The translations under genes and the position numbers were made by a program. Positions 1 through 15,039 of a DNA stretch of 64,000 nucleotides are shown here, in pieces. Under the pieces are notes generated by a model, which saw nothing but the letters and a program-made list of their open reading frames with translations, did not search any database and was not told where the DNA came from. Position 1 is the stretch's first letter; every line of letters begins with the position of its first letter. Where the stretch lies: assembly GCA_012295275.1 (NCBI GenBank), contig CM022677.1:2852001-2916000 (forward strand). Direction: 5' to 3'. Source of the DNA: Chrysomallon squamiferum. Its lineage: Eukaryota; Animalia; Mollusca.

Positions 1-597
1 ATTTCTGACACTTTATCCATTTACTGAAAAAATTGTCGTATATACACAAAGCACACACACATACATATGTATGTATGTATATGTGTGTGTTTGAGTGTGT
101 ATGTGTCACTATATATGAATATATATTTATTTATTTCTATGTAGTTATAGACATGTAGATATATACACATATACAGAGAAACAGATATTTATTATTTATG
201 TATATATTTATTTGATTTGTTTTTTATTTATTTATTTATTTATTTATTTTTTATTACTATATTTTGTGTGGTTAATTTACATTTACATGTGTGAATCTCC
301 TTATACATAAACTTCAGCTGGTTGTCAGCTTTGTAAACATTTTTCTGTTGCACTTTATTGTAATCTACAGCATCATTCTGCAAATTGACTGAGTTAAAAA
401 TGTCACATAGGTATACCAGATTGTTTGTGTTCTCAGTTTTGCTGATGTTCTTGTAAGCTTGTATGCAAGTTGTTTGGTGAAGAGTATGGACACCTTCACA
501 ACAGGTGTGTGTGTTAAACAACGCTGAAACAATGACAACTAGGTATTGTTACAGCAAACAAACATTCATGTTTGTTGTTTTAGTCATATTGGATTTA

Positions 598-649
<52 letters not shown>

Positions 650-1732
650 AAGCTGTACTTATATATATATTAATTAGGTTTCACAAATGTGAGCGCTTTA
701 GTGATATCATAGATTTCTACAACATCCAGGAAGATGAAAAAAATATATAAAAAAATAAATAAAAATAAATAAATATATAAAAAAATGAAATGATATTAAG
801 CAAAATAGCACACACACACACACACACACACAAACGGGAGAAACATCAACTCTCTTTGCAATACGTGTTAATGTATGCTATTATTTCTGTAGCTCTTTAA
901 TTATCTCTCTCTCTGGCTGTTTCATATATTACCCTTCTATTCTTTATTAACATGCAGACACAATAAAACGTTAGATATATGCAGTTTTTCATGAGCATAG
1001 TTAGTAATAATATTAACAATAATAACAACAGTGATGATGATGATAATAATAATAATAGATTAAAACGTGTGTTATCATTGCAGAAGGTGGTGAAACAATA
1101 AACTACTGTGAATATGACTATTATGTTATGCTGCCCGGCAAATTTGTTAAACTGGAGAATAAATGTTTAGACTGCTACTGCAGAGACGGTTTCCTTTCTT
1201 GCTGTTGGTATGTGCTGTCTTGCACTGATGTTTAATGAGACCATTGTGATGGACAATATAAAGCTGTTTCTGTTGTTGTTTCTGCTGTATATGATGATGA
1301 TGATGGTTACAGTTTCAAAATTTCCATTAGTCAGTCTCTCTCTCTGTGAATGTATGAGACATAAATTACATATACAGAAACACATATGTATATATATCAG
1401 TCCAACAAAAACAGCAAACATTTTTTGAAAACAAATGATGAAATTTATGGTGATATCTTTCTTTTTTAATTACAAACATTTTATTATTTTTTTTTTTTTT
1501 TGGGGGGGGTCATATTTTGTAATACAAAGATATAAATTTAATTTAAAGAAAATTGAAACGAAACAAAAAACCCAAAGAAACAAAGAAAGAATGAAACAGC
1601 AAGGAGATTTGACTTTTTTATTTTCAAAATACTGTTTGAATTTGGATTTATCTACACTAATTAAAGGTGCATTCGCGAGTGATGTTGTTCTTATCCATGA
1701 ACATCGGCTCACAGTTGTCTCCCTTTTTCATG

Positions 1733-1841
<109 letters not shown>

Positions 1842-2703
1842 CTGTGTCTGTCTTCTAAGATATTCCAAGACAATATTCCTGTGCATTTTTACCAAATGTT
1901 CTAACTTGAGGTATCTGAAGAGACACTTCACTGGATCTTGCATTTATATTATGTTTGGATCTAGTTAATTTGAAAACAGTAGTTAGGTAACCGGGGACTG
2001 TAGTGTTTTCAATAATATGGAGAAGATTTAGTTTGATTTGTTTGGAACTGAGTTCCATCCGGCAACATTTTGACCAGTCTAATCTCATTTCTCCAATATA
2101 CTTGCGAGGGATTGACTTCAAAAATAAACTGAACATTTTTATTTTGAGTTTATTATTTCTTCATCAGTACAACACACCAAGATGAGCTGGCAGAGCCAAA
2201 ATGACATTGGATTACTGTTAGAATGCAGTTTTATTTCTATATATATTATTTTTTATTTTAAACGGAATGTTTTATTGTTTATATTTTAATAATTTTTCAT
2301 GGATTTTTTTCTTAGTTACTCTGTATGATGACCTTCTATAGTCATTTCCGTTTTGTCAGTAATAGAATAAATATATATATGTCGAACTTAATGAAAAATA
2401 TAATATATTGTTCATATAAAGTTGTCGTTTTATTGATGGAAGGGAAGTCACTCCAGTTTATAAGTAGGTGAACAAAACAGACGTTTAAAAATTAAATAAA
2501 TTATGAAAGAGAGTACAGAATGAAAAATGTGTTAAAAACACCTCCTAATCGGTTGGATTATCTCATTGTATTTTAAAGCCACTATACAAGCTCAGTTTAT
2601 AAACTATGTCATTTTGTAAACTGAGATACTCTTCTTTTTCTTCTTTCTTTCTTCTTCTTCCATTTTTTTCTTAATGTTACTTAATATCATGAATATGTTT
2701 ATT

Positions 2704-2734
<31 letters not shown>

Positions 2735-2949
2735 AAAACTGTTCTGATAATTCCTGTGTAATACATACACATAGCTTCAAGATATGAAAAAGATAATATT
2801 TATTTTTCTGCAGGATTAAATATTAATTCAATGCTTGATTTGGAAAACAATTATCAACATGCACCTCTCTCAAATTTTAATGCAAAAATAAAAAAAAAAA
2901 AAAAAGAAAAGAAAAAAAAAGAAAATAAAGAAAAAAAAAATGTAGCCAA

Positions 2950-2994
<45 letters not shown>

Positions 2995-2999
2995 GCTAA

Positions 3000-3565
3000 A
3001 ATGAAGTTCATATTTAGGTCCTATACATAGATTTATAAATGTTAGATAATAACTTATGTATGTGATTACAAGCATTCCCAGCTTCATCAGCCCATCATTT
3101 GTTGGTAAACTATCCATCTTTTTACATTGTAACTTCTGTTGCTTCAACTTATTCTAATATTCTATTATTTCGTAAGAGTTGATTTTTCAGGTCTTTGGGA
3201 GGGGGTCAAAAATATTGACAAGAGTAAACTTGATGTTGATTTTTGCTAGAGCATTGTTAAGTCTGTTCTTGTCGTATTTAGGAAGTAGAAAAGATAGTGT
3301 CTGGCGTTGTCCAGTTTATGGAATTTGTCACATTTGTCAAATTTGTCTCTTACACTGAGTTGTGTCTGCTGTCGTTTAGTCCAAAAGTTACTCCCACTCT
3401 GAGGTGGGTTCTAGTTTGAGTTGTTTTGTTGTTGTCTGAGAGTGGGCTGGCAGAGTTTACTTTTGGCTAATGATACAGTGTTGTGGTCAAGTTCTGTTGT
3501 CCCAGTCTTTTTGCCAAGATTGTATTAGACTGTTGTGCGCTATGGTCATAATTTCATTACAGTTG
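3000..3565 (-). mobile_element. 5'-truncated I/Nimb-type LINE, ORF2 C-terminus with degenerate CCHC knuckle
   Basis: Minus-strand translation with frameshifts: NSLIQSWQKDWDNRT ... THLRVGVTFGLN ... KCDKFHKLDNARHYLFY/PKYDKNRLNNALAKINIKFTLVNIF. This matches the WQxxWD / RLRxGHxxLN / CxxC-H-C-PKY pattern of I-group ORF2. Confidence 0.75.
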
Positions 3566-4473
3566 TATTTATGTTTATGAACAGATTTTTATTTATCATT
3601 TTATTAATTTTTTGAAAGAAAACAAAAAATCACATATTTCACTTTCTTTACCGAGCTGTTCTGTTTTTGTCCGTGTTTCTTTTGAGAAATGACTTTATCT
3701 GATGCCGACACTTGTGATTTATCCGGAGGATGCTTTGAAATCGTCCGGAACAAGACACACAATTTGCTTGGCCCTTCGTCCTCGGTCAGAGAAATTAACT
3801 GCATGACTAAATTGGATTCTTTAACCAATTCTGAGGGCGGCTTAACGTTGGTATTGAGTTAAAAGGTTAATAACGCCGCTAAAATGAACGGATTTGTAAG
3901 AAATTACTGTAGGAAAACACTTCGGCAAATCAAGATAGACCATCTTCGTGTTGGTCCTGTTGTCGTGACGTCGTCTGCGCAATGGTTTTGGCGGCAATCC
4001 ACAGGACTTAGTAGCGAATTATTGTTACAAACATTTAAAAGGAAGAATTTCTGTGCCAAGATATTTAATTTTCTTTTTGTCCTTTTTTTTTTTTTTTTTT
4101 TTTTACTGCATGTTGAATTTGCTTAATTTTTCCTCTGTATCATTTCCTCCCCCCCAATCTCATATTTATCTTTATAATAATCAGAAAAAAAAGAAGAAAA
4201 AAGAAAGAATCGAATTAAGAAAGATAGAAAAAAGGAGAGACACAAAATTAGATGAAGTATGACAGGTAGTTAGAAAGAAAGAGAGAGAGATAAAATGGAA
4301 AAAAGAAAAAGTGAGATAGATTTATAGATTGATAGATATAAAAAAAGAATAAGAGAGACAGAAAGACAGAGAAAGGGAAAGAAAAAACAGAGAGAAACAG
4401 AGATACAGAGAAACAAAGAAAGAGAGAGACAGAGAAACAAAGAAAGATAGAGAGAGAAAGAGATACAGAGAAA

Positions 4474-4529
<56 letters not shown>

Positions 4530-4789
4530 ATCAAATTTTGTTTAGTTTGTCTTGAGATAAAAACATCACTTGTTTAGTTAGGTTTTAAATTTCATCATAA
4601 GCAACAACCCCAGGATTTATTACTTGTTTTCATTTCTTTATAAATACACACAGATATCCTACTCAATATAAAACAAATACATGAGAATCAAGCATGCTAT
4701 TTTTATATAATAATACCCATCATCACTCATCATCAGTCATCATCATAGTAATAGCACTACTACTAATACTATTACTACTAAATTTAATA

Positions 4790-5005
4790 AACTCAATGCC
4801 ATTTCATAAACTCTTTTTGTTTTAAATCTCTTAGCAGCGAGTGGTCTCTTATAATGAACCTTCTCATAAACATAAAATCACACCATACTGCATTATATAA
4901 CATAAACTAGTTAGAAAACACAGACAGTGACTGGAAATAACCTAATGGGTACGCTAAGAAGGTTTGAACCAGCGACCGACCCATCACAGGTTAAACACAC
5001 ATCTA
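4790..5005 (-). mobile_element. Degenerate tRNA-derived SINE with Meta/MESC-like core
   Basis: B-box GGTTCAAACC (4961-4970, minus), followed by cccattaggttatttc ... ggttcattataagagaccactcgctgctaa ... aaagagtttatgaaatggc. Collinear with the molluscan MetaSINE core as I recall it. Confidence 0.6.
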
Positions 5006-7107
5006 AACGAGATTCTTACAGCCCGTATTTCACTTACTTCTCTTTCTCTCTGCTGTTGATGCACATGACTAAAGAGTGTTCTGCTGCTGTGCATGTGTAG
5101 AAAAAAAAACAAGGAAAAACTTTACTAATTTCAAAACGATTGGTAAAATATGTATACATGATAACGTTAAAATTACTGATTTAACAATGATTTATGTATA
5201 TTTTCTTCTTATACGGAAACATGCAAATAGAAAAAGAAAAAAACAACAAAAAAACCTTTGATGTGTTTGAGAGTGATGCCAAAATGCTTGAGTTTGTTTT
5301 AAATTCAGAATTTTTGAAAGGATTTGTGATCATGAAATTTTGTCATAATGCATGTTCGTATGTGTGTCTATGTGTGCATGGATAGATAATATGTATGTAT
5401 GTATTTGTGTATGTGTTTATGTATTTGTATGTATGTATGTATGTATGTATGTGTGTATGTATGTATGTATGTATGTACCTCTGTATGCATGTATGTATGC
5501 ATGTATGTATGTACCTCTGTATGCATGTATGTATGCATGTAAGTTCATATGTATATATCTAAATCTATATATTCATGCACGTATGTATGTGCGTGTGTAT
5601 CTTAGGAATTTATGTATGTATGTATGTATTTACGTGTAATTGTATATAACATTTTCTACTATAATCATTATTTCAGACTTTTGTCTTTTTCCCCCACAAA
5701 ACTACATAGAAAGTAACACCCATGAAAACATGCCAAAAAGCGTGTAAATCCTAGACATCAATGAAGAGAATGAAATGAGAATCTATGTAATTAAAACATT
5801 ATTTCAACACGTTAAACAGATCTTGTAAGGCGTTAATTGCAGGGTAGGTAACACAAACTAATTAACGCTTGGAGAAAAAGATGATCAGATTTGAAAAAGA
5901 AATATCAGAACTGTGTCCTAAAAGTATATATAAAAACAAAAAATTCTTAAGACTTAATCACGTGTTTTCACCAACGTTGTGGCTGCTGACACGTGTTACA
6001 ACGACTCCCAACGTTGTTTCATCTGCTCCGATGACAATGGGACGAGCGGAAATTGGAGTTTAATGACGTTGTCGTGTTGAAAAGGACGACCTCAGTCAGC
6101 AGTTGTCCCAGCCACTAAAAGAGTTATTGTTTTGGCCCTGAGGGGACGTGGGTGGCTGAAGTAGAGAGAGAGAGTGTAGTGCGTTGCTGGTAATTAGGTG
6201 AATGCTGGCACCATTTTTAACGTTTAACCTACAGCAATATCTTCTGTGTGGAGGAGTTTATTACATTTTTTTCCCAATCTAACTCACATAGTATAAACTT
6301 CTGTAAATGAAACATGCAGACTTTTAGCAATAAAATGTTATTTTTTCTAAAACTTTTATTTTGACTTATTTTCCCATTCTAACATCATAGAAAGAACAAT
6401 GAGCATTACTATTATTTTAACAAAAAACAAAACGCAAACAATTTTAGCTTCTTTTCTCCTGTTTCTGTGTTATAAATAGTACTAATTAATTATTTTTCTT
6501 AATGTTATTGTTATTTCATTTAACTTAATTTCATATTCCGGCTATTTCCGTTAATGAATCAAATTTTAATAAATTTTATTCTCTAATTTTCCTGTTGTTT
6601 AACCATAACAAACCTCACAAAAGACTCCACAAATAAAAAAAATAAAAAGAAAAACATATATATATATATTTATTTATAAAATTATGACATCACATTATTT
6701 ATTTTTTTCACTATTACTTATTCTTCTCTAATTGAACCAGTATTTTATATACAATAATGCTTTCATCACTTCATTATTTTTATTATATCAGTTTTACGTT
6801 ATGGTGTATTTCATTATAAAATGACTGTTTCCAGTATTAAGCTCTGCTCGTTTAGTTAACTCTTTAAACCCGTTAAACCTGGGTAGCTGCGACTTAGAGA
6901 TCAAACTATCACAACATCGTGTGTGTTTACGTAAAAGCTAATCAGACTGTTTTGTAAACAAAGACAACACATACCACCACCTTGCCTGACAGATTTCTTC
7001 CAACAAAACAACATCAAAGAAAACATCAAAGCACCCCTGTTTATTTATTTATATATATTTTTTAATTTTTAATTTTGTTTTTTGTAAAAGATTTATGATT
7101 TGTGTCC

Positions 7108-7146
<39 letters not shown>

Positions 7147-8216
7147 GAATGTATCTAAATGTGATCTGTATTTTGAAATGTACATTTTTCTTTTCATGTT
7201 TGTTTTGTTGTAGAAATGTACATTTTGTATTACAGTATACATTATTGTCCACACATATATCTTTTCTTTCCTTTTTTCTTTCTTTCATTCTTTTTAATTT
7301 TATAGAAATAAATACAAATAATGAAATGTATTTTACCTCCATTCTTACTTATCTTTTTCTTGAAATGTGTCCATATATTAAAATGTACATTGCTTTGTAA
7401 CAATTATTTAGTTTTTCCCATTCATTTTTTTTCTTTTTCTCTTTTCACACATTCATCTAAATAATGAATTCATACAATCTATTTCTGGGTTCATTTTCTT
7501 TTGGAAATGCAAATATTGAAATGTAAATTGCTTTTCCATATGTATCTTCTTTTCAGAAATTCATTTACATATTGAAATGTTCACTGTTTTTGTGTATTTC
7601 TCTTCTTTTGCAGACAGATTAGTATTACCTTGAACAATAGAAACATCACTCACTAAATAACATATAATATAAAGAAATAAAGAAATAAAGAAGAGTAAGT
7701 AAATAAATAAGAAAATGAATAAATAAACTATATTAAAATAAAATAAAAAACAAATAAAATAATAAATAAGTAAATAAATAAATAAATAAAATATAATAAT
7801 ATGAAATAAACAAATATAATAAAATAATAAAAATAAATAATAGATAAATAAATAAAATAAAATAAATTAAAAATTAAGTAAAATAAACACCACGCAATGC
7901 ATTACAAGACATCAGAACACAACACAACACAACACAACACAACACAACACAACACAACACAACACAACACAACACATCAGAACACAACACAACACAACAC
8001 AACACAACACAACACATCAGAACACAACACAACACAACACAACACATTAAAAGTAAAAAAAAAAAATAAAATATTTGTATTTGGTGTGTGCTGGTGGTTT
8101 AATGTTTCCTCTTTCATATCATCATTATATAAAAACAACCCCAAAACCCCCAAAACAATAACTCCCTTACAAAAAAACAAACAAACAAAAAACTAAATAA
8201 AATAAATAAACATACC

Positions 8217-8271
<55 letters not shown>

Positions 8272-8276
8272 ATCTG

Positions 8277-8317
<41 letters not shown>

Positions 8318-9182
8318 ATAATATTTTTCTCAATTTATATTGTAATCGTGTCAAGATATAATTGTGTGTGTGTGTGTGTGTGTAAGTGTGTGCGCGCGTG
8401 TGTGTGTGAGTCTGTATAGAATATTTATCTCTGCAGTAAATCTCTTTTTTTTATTTTAGGCAAAATGAGTTAATATTTTATATGAGTGTTGTAATATTTA
8501 TTACCCAGACTGTGATGATAAAAGAAATGAAACGGTGTGAAATAAAAATAAAAATAAGACATGAATTAAAATGTAATAAAATGATATGAAATAAAATAAA
8601 ATAAAAAATACATTAAAATGTAATAAGATAAAATAAATAAATAAATGAAATGAAATGAAATGAAATGAAATGAAATGAAATAATAATAATAATAATTTAA
8701 AATAAATAAAATAAAATGAAATTAAATCATTTATGTTTATAAGTATTGTGCCTTGGTAAACTGTCCATTCTGAATTTGATTTTAATAAAAATTCCAGAAA
8801 TGATATCATTGATTAAGAATATGTTTTCTTGTTGACTACAATATTTTTATAAATAATTCCCATTCCAAGAGAACTCCTCATAAGACTGGACAAAAACATG
8901 TGTAAATTTTTACTGATAAATGTAGCTGGTTTCCTCTCTAGCAAGTAGGGTTATAAACTGTTTTCCATTTGAAATTTTCTTTCTTGTTTATTTATTATTT
9001 TAATTCGATTTATTTATTTTTATTTACATATTTATTTGTTTTTATTAATACAATTATTTATTTACTTATTATTTATTTTTATTTATTTATTTATTGATCT
9101 ATTTTATTATATTTTATTTTATTTTATTTATTGAATTTCTTTAAATTATACTTTCTATTTTTTTAATTTTATTATTTTTATT

Positions 9183-9213
<31 letters not shown>

Positions 9214-9238
9214 TTATTGTTATTATTATTATTATTGA

Positions 9239-9292
<54 letters not shown>

Positions 9293-9731
9293 CAATTTGT
9301 TTGTTACAATACCATTCATAAAACTAGTGTTTAACCGAGTATCAGTTTATCTGATAAATCTCTGTGTCTGGCAGAGTCTTTAGACTAAACAAACTTGTAA
9401 AAAAATATTAATATAATCTTCGGTTCTCTTCATAATTGAAAACATTAACATAATAATTTTAATATTTATCAGTAGTTTAAGATAAAAGTGATAATACTGT
9501 GGAATATTACGGCTGTTGTTAATGTTGTTGCTGGGGCTTTTTTATTATAATGTTGTTGTTGTTATTAATATTATTATAATGTTGTTGTTGTTGCTTTTAT
9601 TATTATTATTATTATTGCTGGTTTTATTATTATTATTAAAGTCCTTTAGATATTTTCAGTGAAAGAAAGCCTATTATTCTTATAATTTTCAGTTAATAAA
9701 TAAAATTTTAACAATTGTTACTTATTTATTG

Positions 9732-10798
9732 GTTTATCTAAATTTTGTAGATGTTACTTTGTGTTTTGCAGTGCTGGAACACCCCATATCATCCAACAGT
9801 TTATCTAAATTGTTTAGATGTTACCTTGTGTTTTACAGTGCTGGAACACCCCATATCATCCACAGTTTATCTAAATTGTTTAGATGTTACTTTGTGTTTT
9901 GTAGTGCTGGAACACCCCATATCTTCCCACAGTTTATCTAAATTTTTTAGATGTTACCTTGTGTTTTGCAGTGCTGGAACACCCCATATCTTCCCACAGT
10001 TTATCTAAATTGTTTAGATGTTACTTTGTGTTTTGCAGTGCTGGAACACCCCATATCTCCCACAGTTTATCTAAATTGTTTAGATGTTACTTTGTGTTTT
10101 GCAGTGCTGGAACACCCCATATCTTCCCACAGTTTATCTAAATTGTTTAGATGTTACTTTGTGTTTTGCAGTGCTGGAACACCCGATATCTTCCACAGTT
10201 TATCTAAATTGTTTAGATGTTACTTTGTGTTTTGCAGTGCTGGAACACCCCATATCTTCCACAGTTTATCTAAATTGTTTAGATGTTACTTTGTGTTTTG
10301 CAGTGCTGGAACACCCCATATCTTCCACAGTTTATCTAAATTGTTTAGATGTTACTTTGTGTTTTGCAGTGCTGGAACACCCCATATCTTCCCACAGTTT
10401 ATCTAAATTGTTTAGATGTTACTTTGTGTTTTGCAGTGCTGGAACACTGATATCTTCCACAGTTTATCTAAATTGTTTAGATGTTACTTTGTGTTTTGCA
10501 GTGCTGGAACACCCCATATCTTCCACAGTTTATCTAAATTGTTTAGATGTTACTTTGTGTTTTGCAGTGCTGGAACACCCCATATCTTCCACAGTTTATC
10601 TAAATTGTTTAGATGTTACTTTGTGTTTTGCAGTGCTGGAACACCCCATATCTTCCACAGTTTATCTAAATTGTTTAGATGTTACTTTGTGTTTTGCAGT
10701 GCTGGAACACCCCATATCTTCCACAGTTTATCTAAATTGTTTAGATGTTACTTTGTGTTTTGCAGTGCTGGAACACCCCATATCTTCCACAGTTTATC
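9732..10798. repeat. 66/67-bp minisatellite, ~16 copies
   Basis: Unit gtttatctaaattgtttagatgttactttgtgttttgcagtgctggaacaccccatatcttccaca. It explains ORFs 9729-10887 (22-aa period). Confidence 0.98.
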
Positions 10799-11390
10799 TT
10801 CCTGTAACTGAACAAAGGTCATCACATCTCTCTGCTGAACTAATTGTTTTAGTTCTTTCTTCAGATTCTCACATTTTCAGAAAATAGCTGTGTTTTCCTG
10901 TACACTCTGTCTAATAATTCAGACAAACAGTAAGAGAATTCTGTCATTGATTTGCCGTCCTTCTGTGATCAATCAAAAAATAACTTCTGAAGTTCATGCC
11001 ACTGATTATCTGTCTTCAAAACTCTTATGCAGAACATTCCAGACCACTTCTGGATTCTCTTGGTCTTGTTGTGACCTCAACCTAATTTCTTCTTTCACTT
11101 CACCTTCTTTCGCTCAAGTGAGCTGATATAAAACTAGCCTGCTCCTTTTCTGCAAGGCTCTGATGTAGAAATGTCCTTTCTACCTGATCCTGAAAATCTC
11201 TAAATTTGAGGCCATTGTCTGACCCATTAAATTTACTAACCTTTATTTCGTTTCTGACATAAAATAAACAGGTTTAGTGCTTTCACCTTGTTTAGGACTC
11301 AGCAACTCCTCATTAAGTCATTGAGTCACAGCCTTTCTTCCTGTAAAGCAGCCTGCAACTCTGATCTTTTAGCTTTTTAGTTTTCTCCAT
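10795..11390 (-). mobile_element. Decayed Ty3/Gypsy gag (PNMA/retrotransposon-gag-like)
   Basis: From ATG 11390, with stops and frameshifts: ELQAALQEERL ... PVYFMSE/IKVSKFNGSDNGLKFRDFQDQVERTFLHQSLAEKEQASFISAHL/EGEVKEEIRLRSQQDQENPEVVWNVLHKSF ... ELQKLFFD*SQKDGKSMTEFSYCLSELLDRV ... LKKELKQLVQQRDVMTFVQLQED. Includes the major-homology-like QxxGxSxxxF motif. Confidence 0.85.
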
Positions 11391-12851
11391 TTTTCAAACC
11401 TTTATAAATTAAAGTCAGCTGGGAATTCAGTGATGTGTTACAAAAAGCAAGTTATTCCATGCTCATGCCAGCAGCCAGTATTATATATCTATCTGTCAGT
11501 TTAAACTTTTATTTAAATTAGTATTTCAATTTATAGTGTTTTTTTAATACAAATTTACTTTACTTGGAATTCATTATTACACACTAAGTGAAATAACAAA
11601 ATCATTTATTCTACTAACTTTGTTTTAATTCAGTATTTCAAGATTTAACTATCAGATTATAACTGACCTCTCCAAGAATCTTTGTTTTAAATTCACTCCA
11701 GATGCACTTAATTGCTGCCACTCAAGACTGTTTACCTCACATGTTATCTAAGCCAAGGCTACTGACCATCACTGGCCATTACTGGGTCCACACATGTAAA
11801 CAACTGGTCATGTGAAAGTCAGCTTTACCCTTACAGGCCATGCATCTTTATGTGATTATAGTTCCTCGGATCATAATTTTCACAATTTCCCCATTAATCC
11901 CCAGTTATTCATATCAGTTTTAGCTTACATATTATAGTGTTAAAACAGTTTGATTGAGGGAATGCCAGTATTGTTCAGTTAATTAATACTAAAACTTTAT
12001 GTAATATAAAACTCTCACTTGTCATTCATTCACATTCAAACATTTCACAATCACCCACCTTTCACTGTTTGTGGCCAATAATAACAATTTACATTTAAAC
12101 ATAAAGTGAAGCAAAACAACAAAATAGCAACACAATCCTAGAATCAGTCTGTTAATTATCCTGATTATCCACCAGCCAGTTTATGTCGTAATGTCACTTC
12201 TCAGTGGTAATAACTTCATTAGCAATGGTTCTGTCATAATGATATTCATTAATGTATTTTCTGTGATAATTATCCCTTTCTTTCATTTTCCATCAATGAT
12301 CTTCAGTTTGACTTCATCTGCATTTTTCTGGAAAGTTCTCTGACTGTTCTTATTTCAGATTTAACAAACTCTCTGTTTTTAAATTTGTCTGTAAACTTAA
12401 ACAACTGACAATCCTGTTTGTGGCCGGGTGCTTACAGGACCTCACACAAAAACAACACAAGTTCCTTTTCAATTACATCTTTATTTCCTCTGCCTATTTA
12501 TACTTCATGATATAAATAACAATATAATCTTATACAAGTATAGTAATCACAATGCAGAGAATTGTCTCAAACATCTTTCTCCCTTGCCAGATATTCTCTC
12601 TACTCTCTTGAACTCTCTTTCACCACAGTCACACAGATAACATTTCACACCACTGACCAATACTAGATAACACTGGGAAGTCATCACCATTGACAACGTT
12701 GTATCTTAACAACCAGAAGAAAAACATAAAAGAAAATGAAATGGAAGAACTTTCACAAAGGTGGCTCCTGCCACTGGTAATAAATAAATTCATTTTAAAA
12801 AAATAGAACAATAAAAATAATAAAAAAGAATCAATAATAAATAAATAAATA

Positions 12852-12945
12852 GCCTAAACCTAATCCTCACCCTCGTCCTAACCCTAACACTAGTCCTAAC
12901 ACTAGTCCTAACACTAGTCCTTACCCTAACTCTAACCTAAGCTAA
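12852..12945. repeat. Degenerate (CCCTAA)n-like tract
   Basis: cctaaacctaatcctcaccctcgtcctaaccctaacactagtcctaac..., 6/12-bp periodic. Confidence 0.7.
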
Positions 12946-15039
12946 TCCAATGGTAAAAATAAGAAAAAATAAGGAATACTAAGTAAAAGGGTTTATTCTT
13001 GTTAATGCTGTTGTTCTGTTGATTTCTTTTTAAATTATTTATATAAACTTAATTTCAAGGTCTCACTGTCAAGAAGTCAGGGGAGAAAACTGAATCATCT
13101 TGAATTGTCTCCCTTCAGTTGCAGACAGCTGCCTGATTAAACTGACAGCACCTGGAGGACATCCTGGTAAACAGTAGTGGTGGTAGTAGTAGTAGTAGCA
13201 GTACTAATAGTAGTTGTTTTTTGAGAAATGATAAATGTAACAAGAAGAGTAGTGTAACAGAGGCAATAGTAGTAGTAACAGTAGTCATAGTTGTTGTTGT
13301 TGTAGTAATTATACTGATATTAGTATAAAGAATCAGGCATAGGACTAATAGTGAAAAAATAACAGTAACCCTACCTGAATAAGAAATAATAGTAAATATT
13401 AGTTACAGCAATGATGGTAATAAAAGTAGCATGTAATGATGCAGTAAATGTAGTAGTAGCAGTATTTTATTTATTTTATATTTTTTACTGTATTTTATTG
13501 ATTTATTTATTTATTTACTCAAACTAGGCCAGTGTGACTCTGACTCAGAGCTGTTGAAAGGTCTGCTGATGAAGAGCTCAATTTTGGTGTCCTGGACATT
13601 GAAGCTGACCTCATCAACAATTCTTAAGTTGGAGAGTCTTACACCAGGTCACCAATCTCAACAGTCAAATGTCAGGAAAAAAAAACTTGAAAAACTTGAA
13701 CTGCTAAAACCAGCCAAAGAAAAACACTGTGCGTGACAGTGGCAAAGACAAAAGCCTGGAAGTTGAGCAGCAGGTAACTTAGTAACTTCCATTAGCATTG
13801 TTTTATTTCTTTTTAGCTTATATTTGTACTAGGAGTAATCAGAACAGTTTCGTTTTTAACTCCCAAACATTTGACTACATGGCTTAAGGAATGATGTTGA
13901 GGTATGTGTGAAATCAGTTCATAAACAAAAACAGATCTATGTTAATTTTGTTGAAAGTGCTTCTGAATGAAAAATTCTACTTTACCTTTAATTCATCTTT
14001 ATTTTAGACATAATTGTTATCTGTCTACCTTTAGGTATTCTTTCAGTAAATAATTTGAATTGGTAACTGCATCATTAAATATCATTAGAATACAAAACAA
14101 AATATTTAAAAATGGTTATATTTCAATGTTTAGTTTAATATAATTATATTTATTCATGCTGACTTAATTAGTTGAATTGTTTTATACCAAGGAAATGTCA
14201 GTATTTACTGAATGACATTCAGATCTTTCATCACATATATTTATAGGAATTGAAGAAACCAATATACTAAACTGTGGATTTAAACTGTATATTTTCAGAA
14301 GTTAAATCAGTTTGTTAAGGATAAAAATAGTCAAGAAATTGTTGATAAATACAAACTCGAACTGACATTGTGGAACAAAGAGCAGCTTGAGTCTCCAGTA
14401 GAGTTGAAGTATTTGGTGCTGTCCAGCAGGTATTTAAATACATTATTCATTGTAAACCTTTCCATTTCATTTCAGTTTTAAATATTTCTTCAGTCTTTCA
14501 CAAGATTCTATGCAAAATATTTTCTCTTAATTGAACAGCCTACATGAAAATATAATACAATAAGGAATAATTATTAAGACAACTCATGAAATGACTCAGC
14601 AATTATAAAAACAAGAGATCACACTGTGATTTTAAGGTTCTTTTTACTTTTCTGTGTGTTTTTACTTTATTCATTTTATTTATTTATTTATTTATAAATA
14701 AAAAAAGGAGTAATAATTAATAACCAGAGAATTCTACAAATAAAAGTGAGGACAAATATAATGTGTGTTTTTATAGGAGATGAGACTCAGTTGTACAGTG
14801 ACTTTATTCTCATAAACTGTAGATTACAGTACAGAGAAGAATGTATTACAGACATATAATAACAAAATCAAAATGCACATGTGTAGAAGTTTAACGTGGA
14901 AGACATACTCTCTCACATATATTTCTTATTAACAAACACAGCTTTTTTAATACAAATATATTTTTGCTGTTAAACAAATTATTACATGAAATTATATTTG
15001 GATGTCTCATATATTTATCTTGTATACGTTTTCTAAGTT

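Noticed and set aside
3065-3100. Hammerhead ribozyme core (CTGATGA-agc...gct on minus)
   Set aside because: The GAAA element and stems I and III are missing. The other CTGATGA sites I checked also fail.
4955-5005. tRNA gene
   Set aside because: Only a B-box remains, no cloverleaf can be formed, and it continues into a SINE core.
9732-10798. CRISPR-like array (also 17221, 31998, 42293, 47168)
   Set aside because: Units are head-to-tail with no unique spacers, there are no cas genes, and the context is eukaryotic.
13060-13773. Multi-UGA selenoprotein (SelenoP-like) reading: 8 in-frame TGA in two exon candidates
   Set aside because: The same chain also has TAA stops, the region is CpG-depleted so CGA>TGA explains them, and I recognised no SECIS or SelenoP motif.
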